A stretch of DNA of 64,000 bases from an uncultured delta proteobacterium (GTDB taxonomy: Bacteria; Myxococcota_A; Polyangia; Polyangiales; Polyangiaceae), in the NCBI GenBank assembly GCA_963782055.1, contig CAWAIF010000003.1:96001-160000 (forward strand). The letters run 5' to 3'. Positions 11,481-20,534 of the stretch are shown here, piece after piece; positions within the stretch are counted from its first letter, which is position 1, and the number at the start of each line of letters is the position of its first letter. The position numbers were made by a program, and so were the translations under genes. The notes below the pieces were generated by a model. The model searched no databases. It was given only the letters and a program-made list of their open reading frames with translations, and was not told the origin of the DNA.

Positions 11481-12341
11481 TCACCGCGCCTTGCACGTCG
11501 CGACGCCGTCGCGGACGCCGAAGGCGAGCACGCAGCGGTGGAGCACGTCGAGGCCCACCACGCCGTCGTACTTGCATGCGGCGGATGGGGAAACATGGTC
11601 GCTCGAGAGGTAGACCTTGCCGCCGCCGCGAAGGTCGCCCTTCCCGTCGCGCGAGGGAAGCACGAAGCCCACGTCTACCCTCTCGCCGGCCACCCCGGGC
11701 ACCACGTCGGCGACGCGCTCGGCGAAGAGGGCGCTGTTCGCTCGTCCGGTGTCCACCTTCAGCGCGAACGGCTCGCCCTCGATGAGGACGCGCATGCGGT
11801 AGCTGCGCGACGGGAAGGCGGCCGTGGGGGTGCACGCGTCCAGGCCGAGGGTGACGCCGGCGCCCAGCCGGGAGGCGAGATCGCCAGCCGACACCGTCGT
11901 CATGGTGCGCCGCGACACGTCGACGACGACGTCCTCCCCGTCCCGCGCAAGGAGCTGAGGCGAGAGGATGCCGGCGATCCCGTTCGCCTCGACGCCCATG
12001 CGCGGAGGAAGATCGATCGACAGCATGCTGTGCTGCGGCACCCTCCACCCACCGTCGAGCACGGTGTCCACGCCGTCGACGACCGGCACCGCGTCGCCGT
12101 CGAGCACCAGATCGTGCGGCGTCATCCCGAGCGAGCGCGCGAAGGTCCGGGTCACGACGTGCGTGTCCGCCCCGGAGTCCACCGCGAACAGCGCGTCGTG
12201 GTCGTTGACGCGGACGTGGACGAGGGGGATGTCCATCGTCCCGGTAGGCGCGTCGAAGACCAGCGGCGTGGAGGGTGGACGCGCCGACCCCGCGCAGGCC
12301 GCCAGCGAGAGGAGCGCGAGCGCGGGAAGGGACGACTTCAT
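11481..12341 (-). CDS. two-domain retropepsin-like aspartic protease lipoprotein
   Basis: Lipobox LAAC; two catalytic-type motifs FAVDSGA and LKVDTGR, each followed by GIL/GVVG. Confidence 0.75.
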   Translation of the reverse strand: MKSSLPALALLSLAACAGSARPPSTPLVFDAPTGTMDIPLVHVRVNDHDALFAVDSGADTHVVTRTFARSLGMTPHDLVLDGDAVPVVDGVDTVLDGGWRVPQHSMLSIDLPPRMGVEANGIAGILSPQLLARDGEDVVVDVSRRTMTTVSAGDLASRLGAGVTLGLDACTPTAAFPSRSYRMRVLIEGEPFALKVDTGRANSALFAERVADVVPGVAGERVDVGFVLPSRDGKGDLRGGGKVYLSSDHVSPSAACKYDGVVGLDVLHRCVLAFGVRDGVATCKAR

Positions 12342-12439
12342 ACGGCATGCTACGTCGCCGGGCGCGCGAGGCTTCCCGCGCGCGGGCAGCTTCAGGCCGG
12401 CGTGGCGTGGCGCGTCGGTTGGGGCGCGCGACGCCCGCC

Positions 12440-14986
12440 GCGTCGCGCTGCCCGGCACGCCGAGCGATCTGCTCTCCGAGCGCTACGCCGCGCGCTGGTA
12501 CACCCAGACCGCCACCTTCGACGGCGCCGATCGGCCCACCTCCCAGTCCACCGGCGCCCAGGTCGCCGAGCTCCTCGGCCAGAACCAGCAGAGCTTCGTC
12601 ACGACCGACTACACCAAGCGCGGCACGGTGAAACATGTCGGCTCCTCGTACGGCGATCTCGTCGCGCACGTCTACCACGACGCCGACGGTCTGCCGTACC
12701 AGGTCGAGTACGCCGACCTCGCGCACACCACGACCGACTTCGGCCACGACGATCGCCGCCGCCTTCGCACCGTGCAGACCTACCGCGGCCCACCCGCGGA
12801 GTGGACCAGCCCGCCCGTCAACTACAGCCCGCCTCCCCAGTACGGCCAGCAGACCCCCACCGACTTCCAGCTCATCCTCGAGGACGCCGAGTTCACCTAC
12901 GACGAGGTCGACAACCCCACCGAGATCCACGACTGGCGCACGCCGAGCAACTGGCCAGCGGGTGCCAAGCCCGTCACCCGCAAGGCCCAGTACGACGATC
13001 TCTATCGCCTGACGAAGATCGACTACCAGTACAGCGGCGGCGACGACACCTGGACCGACCCCTTCTACAACGAGGACCAGGGCCAGTACCCCGACTCCCG
13101 CCAGGCCAGGCCGAGCCCCCACGTCTCCTTCGACAAGCGCGTCCTGTCGCAGACCTACCAGTACGACTGGCTCGGCAACATCACCCAGTCCGGCGACGAC
13201 GCCCGCGGCTTCTACGACCGCTCCCTCGGCACCCAGACCCACGACGGCGCCAAGCCCTACCAGCTCCAGTCCGCGACGGGCGCGGTCTCGACCCGCGACG
13301 GCGCGCTCACCCTCGCCTACGACGACGCCGGCGACCTGACGAGCATGGCCCTGCTCCGCAACGGCCCGTGCATCGGCGGCGTGTGCTCCCAGCGCTTCGT
13401 CTACGACTGGGACGAGGTCGGCCGCCTCGCGAGGGCCCGCCGCTGGGACCAGCAGAATCCAGGCCTCGCGACCGACCCCGTCCCGCAAGCGACCCCCGAC
13501 GTCGACCTCCGGTACGCCTACGACGCGGGCGATCAGCGCGTCATCAAGACCGCCGTTGATTCCAACCAGACCGAGGTCCACACTCTCTACGTCTTCGCGT
13601 CGCTCGAGCTGCGGCGCACGTACCTTGAAAACGGAGACTACGCCGACACCCGGGACACCGAGGTCGCCTACCTCTTCGCGCACGGCGTCCGCCTCGCGCG
13701 CCTCCACTACGCCGAGGACAGCCTCCCCAGCCTGACCAGCGGGCACCTCCACGTCCTGCTGGAGCTCCCCGACCACCTCGGGTCGTCGGCGATCGTGATC
13801 GACAGGGAGACCAGCGAGCTGGTGGAGCGCAGCACGTACCAGGCGTACGGCGGCGCGGACAGCGACTACCGGCCGGGGAGGTGGGAGGGGTTCCGGGAGG
13901 ACTACCGGTTCACGGGGAAGGAGGAGGACGCGGAGGCTGGGATTGACTACTTCGGCATGAGGTATCTCAGTCCTGCGCTGGGGAGGTGGCTGAGCCCGGA
14001 CCCGCCCGGACCCGCTGGCGGTGCATGGGCTGGGGGCGGACCCGAACCTGTATGCGTACGTGCACAGTGGGGTGCTGAGGGCGACGGACCCACTGGGACT
14101 TAGGACGGATGACATCAGCCTTGGCGCACAGGCTGATTCTAAGGAGGCAGCCGCACGAGAAGCGGAAGGCGTTCAAGAGCCATATCAAACAAAGACGGCG
14201 GCTGGAGCGGTAGCTGAGGCGCTTCTGGACGTCAAGGCCGGCAACACCAGGGCGGCCAGCCACGACATCGCGCGGGGCGGCATTGCGATGCTGGGGCCTG
14301 CGCTGGGTACGATCCCACTGACCAAGTCGGCCCTGGCCGGCACTGCGGTGGGGCTCAAGCACCGGTCGCTTACTGCGGCAGAGGATGCAGCATGGCACGA
14401 GCAGCTCCGAGAACTCGCGCTGGGTGCACCGTCCGTCCCGCTGTTGTCCGCGAGCGCCGAGGCGATGGACAGCGCCAGCGTGGCCATTAGCGCCAAGGAT
14501 CCAAGGACTCGTGCGGGCGCAGTCACCGACGCGGTCGTTCTCTTCGTTGCCGCCATCACCCAGGTCGTCGCGTTTGCCGCTGGATCCAAGGCCGGGGCAG
14601 TGGAGGCGTCCGAGGCCGATCTCGAGGGGGCCGCTGCTCCACAGCTGCCACCCTTCAAAAAGGGCGGCAAGACCGCCGGCGTGCTACGGACTGCGAGCGG
14701 AGACACGTCGCTCATCAGTGGCTACAAAGGGCCTTCGGCCAGCATGCCACGAGGAACGCCGGGTATGAACTACAATATCAAGTCCCACGTGGAGGCACAC
14801 GCCGCCGCGTTGATGCGCGAGCAGGGGATTCAAGAGGGTATGTTGTTCATCAACAATGAGCCTTGCAAAGGGGTGACAGGGTGTGCAGCAATGCTGCCAA
14901 GGATGCTTCCAGAGGGCGCACGGCTCCGGGTCGTGGGCCCCAACGGCTACCATAAGACGTTTGTGGGCATACCGGACAAGCAATGA
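12440..14986 (+). pseudogene. N-truncated, frameshifted Rhs toxin 1 with C-terminal SCP1.201/DddA-clade deaminase
   Basis: YD repeats, PDHLGS, YRFTGKEED, RYLSPALGRWLSPDP, NLYAYV...TDPLGL; 10-bp duplication at 13995-14014 shifts the frame; no start codon or N-terminal part upstream; start coordinate approximate. Confidence 0.85.
14021..14986 (+). CDS. Rhs C-terminal tip, SCP1.201-like (DddA-related) nucleic acid deaminase domain (~14636-14986)
   Basis: APQLP...SHVEAHAAALMREQGIQEGMLFINNEPCKGVTGCAAMLPRMLPEGARLRV; open frame, independent expression uncertain. Confidence 0.85.
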   Translation: MHGLGADPNLYAYVHSGVLRATDPLGLRTDDISLGAQADSKEAAAREAEGVQEPYQTKTAAGAVAEALLDVKAGNTRAASHDIARGGIAMLGPALGTIPLTKSALAGTAVGLKHRSLTAAEDAAWHEQLRELALGAPSVPLLSASAEAMDSASVAISAKDPRTRAGAVTDAVVLFVAAITQVVAFAAGSKAGAVEASEADLEGAAAPQLPPFKKGGKTAGVLRTASGDTSLISGYKGPSASMPRGTPGMNYNIKSHVEAHAAALMREQGIQEGMLFINNEPCKGVTGCAAMLPRMLPEGARLRVVGPNGYHKTFVGIPDKQ

Positions 14987-15369
14987 AGATTCTCGTGGGC
15001 TGGGACGATCAGGAGGCGCGCGTCGGCGGCGTGCAGGAACTTGACGACCTCCTTGACCGCCTGCAGCGTGAATTCGCGGCGGATTTGCCCCATTTGGTGA
15101 CTGTGGAACTCGAAGCTGGCGACAGTCTTGCCATTGGGCTTGGGCTGCCATGGAGCGTACTGAGCTTTGTGGCCGCAAGTAGAGAGCCGCCGTACTACGT
15201 AAGCGTAGGCGACGGGGGTTTCGGTCAGGACATCGGCTTCGTCTTCGGCGGTGAGTTGTCGGAGTATCCTTCACGCAATGTGATACCGTTGTCGGTGGCG
15301 CGCACAGCCCTTAGACAGTTTTGTCTTACCGGTTCGCTACCCGCAACAGTAAGCTGGGAGGACGCGTAG
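14983..15369 (+). CDS. Imm1/DddI-like immunity protein
   Basis: ATGA overlap with toxin stop; LAIGLG...PPYYVSVGD...SEYP...IPLSVARTALRQFCLTGSLPATVSWE pattern. Confidence 0.82.
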   Translation: MKILVGWDDQEARVGGVQELDDLLDRLQREFAADLPHLVTVELEAGDSLAIGLGLPWSVLSFVAASREPPYYVSVGDGGFGQDIGFVFGGELSEYPSRNVIPLSVARTALRQFCLTGSLPATVSWEDA

Positions 15370-15466
15370 TAGGCCGTTTCGAATCGAGGCGCCGTACGGA
15401 TCTCCCCGGATCTCCCTCCGGCACGTCGTGCTACGAGAAGCGTCACGAGCGGGGCCTTGCCGCGCG

Positions 15467-15673
15467 CGCCGCCCCGTCTCGGCGCGGCCACCCCATCCTC
15501 CCCGCATGGCGCGCGGAGCGCGACATCGAGGGGAGGAAGCTCGCGCGCAGGGCCCACGCGCAAGCGCCCGTGCGGGCCGCCGCCCGTGATCTCGCCCCCA
15601 TCGCCGGTCCGCGCGGGCGCGAGCATGGGCCCGAGCACGAGCTGGAGGGGCTCCAAAGACCGCCGTTGATTCC
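15467..15673. repeat. ~200-bp dispersed repeat, copy 1 (leader of orphan Rhs cassette)
   Basis: Near-identical to ~18966-19171; ends in the 18-mer aagaccgccgttgattcc shared with Rhs core 13546-13563. Confidence 0.9.
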
Positions 15674-17168
15674 ACCCAGACCGAGGTCCACACTCTCTAC
15701 GTCTTCGCGTCGCTCGAGCTGCGGCGCACGTACCTTGAAAACGGAGACTACGCCGACACCCGGGACACCGAGGTCGCCTACCTCTTCGCGCACGGAGTCC
15801 GCCTCGCGCACCTCCACTACGCCGAGGACAGCCTCCCCAGCCTGACCAGCGGGCACCTCCACGTCCTGCTGGAGCTCCCCGACCACCTCGGGTCGTCGGC
15901 AATCGTGATCGACAGGGAGACCAGCGAGCTGGTCGAGCGCAGCACGTACCAGGCGTACGGCGGCGCGGACAGCGACTACCGGCCAGGGAGGTGGGAGGCG
16001 TTCCGGGAGGACTACCGGTTCACGGGGAAGGAGGAGGACGCGGAGGCGGGGATTGATTACTTCGGGAAGAGGTATCTCAGTTCCGCGCTGGGGAGGTGGC
16101 TGAGCCCGGACCCGCTGGCGGTGCACGGGCTCGGGGGCGGACCCGAACCTGTACGCGTACGTGCACGGGGGAGTGCTGAGGGCGACCGACCCCGCCGGCT
16201 TGGACGACGGAGATCCCCTCGCGTCGAAGCAGGAGCCGACGACCGGCGCGATGGTAACGGACACCAGCGAGTCCACGTTCAGCGCGGGGAATCCGGATGT
16301 TCCTGCAAACCTGCAGAACGACGACGGGTTCAACAGGACGATAGAGTTCTCGACGGATTACTGCACCGCCCAGGGAACCCCTCGCCCTGCGATTCCTGGC
16401 AACGCGGCGCCGCCGACCAGGACACAGCCACACGACGCACCGGTCCGTCTAGCGACCGAACAAGAGCAGTTCGAGGCGGCGAAGATCGGGATGTGGAACG
16501 GCGTCGTCGATCTCGCGACCGCCTTGACCGCCGGAACGAATCCGAAGCTCGCCGAAATTGCCGACGGGATGATCGGGCCGCTTCGTCTGCCGCCGCCGAG
16601 ACTCACGGGCAATGCGCTCCACGACTACGAACTCCAGGGGAGCTACAAGGGCGGCGGCTATTTCACGCTGACGGTATCGATGGCCCTGCCCATGGCGGGC
16701 GAGGGCGAGGGCTTTGGCGTCCTCAGCTCGGAAGGCAGCGGACTGTTCGGGGTCGAGGAGGCCGCCGCTGGCGCTGGAACGGCGGCTGGCGGTGCCGCGA
16801 GTGGCACGGCCGCAGAGGGCGCAGAGGCCTCGCTGGTCGCGAGGGCCGAGCAGATCCATGGTGCGCTTGACACAACCGCACAGGGGATGCGAACGACGGC
16901 CGTGCTCGACACATCTGCGGGACGAGTGGTTGCGAGCGGCGGCAGGGACCTGACGCCTGGACAGCGGGCGTTGTTGCAGGCGGGCGAGATGTACAACGTC
17001 GCGCCCGGCGTCCATGCGGAGGTCACGGCGATCACGGGAGCAAGGCAGATCGGGGCGCAGTTGCGCGCCATTGGAACGACCCGCGACTTCTGCCCCTTCT
17101 GCATCGACTACATCGAGCAGAGCGGTGGGATGATTACGGGCCCGCGCACGGCCGTCTGGCCTCAGTAG
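15656..17168 (+). pseudogene. orphan Rhs cassette 2 (duplicated core plus HAE/CPxC deaminase tip), frameshifted
   Basis: 15656-16190 nearly duplicates 13546-14090; extra base near 16132 (ctcggggg vs ctggggg); TDPAGL cleavage motif. Confidence 0.85.
16161..17168 (+). CDS. Rhs C-terminal tip with predicted zinc-dependent deaminase
   Basis: GVHAEVTAI (~17013) and RDFCPFC (~17091); open frame after DPxG motif. Confidence 0.75.
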   Translation: MHGGVLRATDPAGLDDGDPLASKQEPTTGAMVTDTSESTFSAGNPDVPANLQNDDGFNRTIEFSTDYCTAQGTPRPAIPGNAAPPTRTQPHDAPVRLATEQEQFEAAKIGMWNGVVDLATALTAGTNPKLAEIADGMIGPLRLPPPRLTGNALHDYELQGSYKGGGYFTLTVSMALPMAGEGEGFGVLSSEGSGLFGVEEAAAGAGTAAGGAASGTAAEGAEASLVARAEQIHGALDTTAQGMRTTAVLDTSAGRVVASGGRDLTPGQRALLQAGEMYNVAPGVHAEVTAITGARQIGAQLRAIGTTRDFCPFCIDYIEQSGGMITGPRTAVWPQ

Positions 17169-17807
17169 GTGGAGATGAACGTGGTGACCCTTCGCTTCGA
17201 TGAACCGGCGCTTCGACGGCAGCTTGATCGCCTCCCTCGGGAGCAGCGTGCCGCCTTCGCGGCGGCATGCGCGGAGCGGCTTTTCTCGGCCTACCTGCGC
17301 TTCTCGCACGAGGCTAGGACTGCCGACCCCAAGACGCTGCGGGCAGCGCTGGATGCTCTGTGGGACGACCTTACGGGCAAGCCGCTGTCGGAGCTGGAGC
17401 TTCGAGCGACAGTGAAGAAGTGCCGAGCGCTCGTGCCGAGCGAGAAAGACGAACCGTCCGACCAACAATTCTGCGCAGAGGACGCGGTTGTTGCGCTCGT
17501 CTATGCGCTTGAGGCGAGGATGAAGCACAGCAGCCAAGAAGCTGCGTGGTGTGCACGGCACGCCTACGAGGCGCTCGATCACTTCATCATGTTTGACGAC
17601 TCGGGCGTGGTTGTAACGGCGAACGAGCAGCGCTTGTTGGAACACCCTCTGGTGCAAGCCGAGCTGGCTAGGCAGAAGCGGGATCTAGACCAGCTGCAAG
17701 CCGCCGAGGGTCAAGACGTACGAGACGTAGCCGCTCGGCTTCGAGATCGCGCGAAGGAGGATGCGGGGATCGTCTTCGGGGGCAACGACAGCAGCGGGTC
17801 GAGCTGA
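17169..17807 (+). CDS. DUF416/YjaG-like helical protein, probable cognate immunity
   Basis: Starts directly after toxin stop; AFAAACAERL...F, HPLVQAELARQKRDL. Confidence 0.75.
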   Translation: MEMNVVTLRFDEPALRRQLDRLPREQRAAFAAACAERLFSAYLRFSHEARTADPKTLRAALDALWDDLTGKPLSELELRATVKKCRALVPSEKDEPSDQQFCAEDAVVALVYALEARMKHSSQEAAWCARHAYEALDHFIMFDDSGVVVTANEQRLLEHPLVQAELARQKRDLDQLQAAEGQDVRDVAARLRDRAKEDAGIVFGGNDSSGSS

Positions 17808-17996
17808 TCGAGGTCGGCCCGCAGCACCCAGCACCCCCAGCACCACCATCGAGACCCATCGAGACTCGCTGAGACCACGCGGTGAGGTCGCCTCGCTGGG
17901 AGCATGGGAAATCGTAGCGCGATCGAGCGAGAACGAAGACAGGATTCATCCGTTTCCGACATCGCGTGGAGACACGGGAGGAGGAGGTTTCGCTCA

Positions 17997-18295
17997 ATGG
18001 GGTCACTTGTTTTGAAAGACGTGCTGATGCATGCTGATGATTACGCGCCGGAGCTTATCGTATACGTTGCCGTTGCCTCCGAGATTTCTGGCCCGTCCGA
18101 AGTGGAGCTCACGGAGTGTGTCGGACCTGGGACTAGCGTGCCTGGCGGCAAGCAGTATCTGCTGAGTACTGGGGATATTCGTGCGTGCTAGATACGTGAT
18201 CAAAGTGGCGCAATGGCCGCATCCCAACCGCTGAGGAGCGAGCTGAATCCGTAATGTTCTATTCGAGGTATGATGGATACTTACCCGTGGACTGA
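17997..18295 (+). pseudogene. degenerate immunity-like gene (frameshift near 18185 plus in-frame TGA)
   Basis: MGSLVLKDVL...GKQYLL...IR continues in another frame as VLDT*SKWRNGRIPTAEERAESVMFYSRYDGYLPVD*; lower GC than flanks. Confidence 0.5.
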
Positions 18296-18329
18296 TGCGG
18301 TCGGTTTGCGCAACGTTGGCAGGTACGCA

Positions 18330-18960
18330 CGCGGCAAGGAGCTTCTGGAAACTTTTCACGCACGATTCGTCCCAGCCGCTCATTCCCGCAGGTTGCCACG
18401 GCGTGAACTCACGACGCCGGAATCGCTCACGCTGGGTGGTTCGACGTGAGGATTCGAATCGGCGAAGACGGCAGACGATGTTGGGTAGTCTTGCGATGGC
18501 ATCATGCAGCTCGAACGGGAGAAGGGCGGCGATGATCAACGGCCAGAGGATGCTCGTGAGCTTCCACGGGTCGCACGACATCGGTCGCGAGGTCGCCGAC
18601 GGCGGCGGGGCGCTCGGGGGGGGGGAGGCTCGGTCGGGAGCGAGCATCGCGCCCAGAAGCACCTTCGCGTAGGGCCAGGCGAGGGTCGTGTCGTCGCGCC
18701 AGTTGGGCAAGAGGTCGAAGCCGCAGAGGGACTTCCACCGCTTGAACTGAAGCTCGACCTGCCAGCGGAGCCGATAGCCTTGTAGGCATCGGTTGGCATC
18801 GAGTCGCGAGCGAGCGGCCGTCGTGAAGAGCAGGACGTACTTCGCCGCCTCGAAGACGCGCGGCGAGAGGTTGGCGCCCTTCTCGCGACGCAATCTCTCG
18901 CGGGCGCGCTCGACGGCATCGGCGGGGAGCTGGTGGTGGCGAGGGGGGTCACCCACGTCG
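18330..18960 (-). mobile_element. IS4-family transposase remnant (C-terminal part)
   Basis: YVLLFTT...YRLRWQVELQFKRWKS (Y-R-E-K signature); N-terminus missing; bounds approximate. Confidence 0.8.
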
Positions 18961-18965
18961 GTGAT

Positions 18966-19171
18966 CGCCGCCCCGTCTCCGCGTAGCACCCCATCCTCCC
19001 CGTATGGCGCGCGGAGCGCGACATCGTGGGGAGGAAGCTCGCGCGCAGGGCCCACGCGCAAGCGCCCGTGCGGGCCGCAGCCCGTGATCTCGCCCCCGTC
19101 GCCGGCCCGCGCGGGCGCGAGCATGGGCCCGAGCACGAGCTGGAGGGGCTCCAAAGACCGCCGTTGATTCC
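18966..19171. repeat. ~200-bp dispersed repeat, copy 2, ending in 18 bp of Rhs core
   Basis: Near-identical to 15467-15673. Confidence 0.9.
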
Positions 19172-19449
19172 GACAAGAGTTCGACGAGGTCTTGTGGGAG
19201 GGGGTGGTGAGGCCAGCGAGCCTTCCACTCCGCGAGTCCCGCCGCGGAGATGCCCGAGCCAAGGACGTGCCCCGTCCGACGAACGCGCCGCTCGACCGTG
19301 TGTCGCGGGTCCGCCACGAGGTCGGTCAGCCGCATTCCGCCGCGCTGGTGAAGGTCGGCGACGAGCTCAGGGGTCGCGACGCGCACGTCGTCCTCGCCGG
19401 TGCGGCCCGGCTCCGCGGCCACCTTCTGCAGGAGCTCGTCGAGGGTCAT
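19172..19449 (-). pseudogene. SMI1/KNR4-like immunity gene fragment
   Basis: GISAAGLAEWKARWPHHPLPQDLVELL resembles SMI1/KNR4 N-terminus; truncated at the repeat. Confidence 0.45.
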
Positions 19450-19559
19450 CTCGTCAGCCTACGAGCAAACCCGGGCTGAGGCTGCGCCGGCACGTGACGT
19501 GGGAACCCCGCGCCACGGTGACCGAGGGCCAGACAGACCCGCAGAGAGGGCCGGCGGTA

Positions 19560-19848
19560 AAGCTCGGCGCGCCGGCGGACTTCATCCGGCGGCTACCCGC
19601 GCCCCTGCAGCTCGCCAAGCTCACCATCGACGGCGTCACCAAGATGGCGTTCGGCGGCAGCATTCACCAGCTCGGGGCGCGCACGGGCCAGATGTCGTGC
19701 TCGGAGCCCAACCTGATGGGACTGCGGCGCGCGAAAGAGGTCCGAGTCCGCATCGTGGCGCCGCCGGGCATGAAGCTCATCGTCGCCGACTACGCCAACA
19801 TCGAGATGCGCGTCCTCGCCGACCAGACCGGAGACGAGAAGCTCGACC
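19560..19848 (+). pseudogene. family A DNA polymerase internal fragment
   Basis: IHQLGARTGQMSCSEPNL...VAPPGMKLIVADYANIEMRVLA (TGR-S region and motif A); bounds approximate. Confidence 0.75.
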
Positions 19849-20374
19849 ACTTCTTCTTTCCGGTCTTGAGTTCCCAGACGACGGGGTGGTGTTGTATTTC
19901 TACAACCGCGTCCATCGCGCCGACGAGCGGCAGCGGATGTATCTCCCCCGTGACGGGGTGTGCGAGCTCGAGGCTGAAAGGTACTTCCACCCCGTGCACC
20001 TTCTCCGGGAGCGGGACGCGGGCGAGAAATACATCCAGCATCGAGAGGGCGACGTCGACGACCGTGCCGGCGTCTTGTTCTTCTTCCTCGAACAGGACGG
20101 GCACGCCGTCACCCTCGATGCCGCGGACGATGCCGTCGCGCAGGTGGGCGCGCAGCTCGTCGACAGGCACGGGAGACCCGGGACGCGACCGGAGCAGGTG
20201 CTCGCCGATGGTGGCGTGCCACGCCGTGCCGAACACCAGGGCGAGCGGCCGGAACGCGGGCGTGGCCCGCTGGATGTACTGGTAGAAGTACTTCCGCGGG
20301 CACTGCAGGTAGCACTTCACCTGGGAGACGGACGTGTGCGGCCGAGCGCGCAGCTCGGCGAGCGATGAATCCAT
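19845..20374 (-). pseudogene. C-truncated PD-(D/E)XK (RecB-like) nuclease
   Basis: SVSQVKCYLQCPRKY, FGTAWH, GAMDAV...ELKT; breaks at junction with the PolA fragment. Confidence 0.75.
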
Positions 20375-20451
20375 GAGGGGACCTCGTTCGTGGAGCGCGC
20401 GGCCTGGGCCGCAGCGCGGGGTTGAATGGATGAAGCGCGAAGCGCAGTCAC

Positions 20452-20480
20452 TTGACAGACTATGCCATCAGGCACATATT
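20452..20480 (+). promoter_or_regulatory. sigma70-type promoter of TA operon with inverted repeat in spacer
   Basis: TTGACA-17-CATATT; TGCC-atca-GGCA in the spacer. Confidence 0.6.
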
Positions 20481-20534
20481 GTGCGCCGAGGCGACGGTGC
20501 CGAAGCAGGAGCGCTTGGATTGGAGAGGTAGGCG

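Noticed and set aside
11481..12341. Aspartic protease as an Rhs processing factor
   Set aside because: Rhs cores self-cleave at DPxG; the gene looks like host backbone at the island edge
11968..12440. Apparent N-terminus of the Rhs ORF
   Set aside because: Overlaps the opposite-strand aspartic protease gene; Rhs-like sequence begins only near 12440-12480
15656..16190. Deaminase self-mutagenesis signature in differences between the Rhs copies
   Set aside because: A few G>A/C>T changes occur but also several transversions; too few sites and direction unknown
19845..20374. Possible Cas4/CRISPR or casposon link (nuclease beside a polymerase fragment)
   Set aside because: No array or cas1 seen; the polymerase piece is family A, and both genes are truncated
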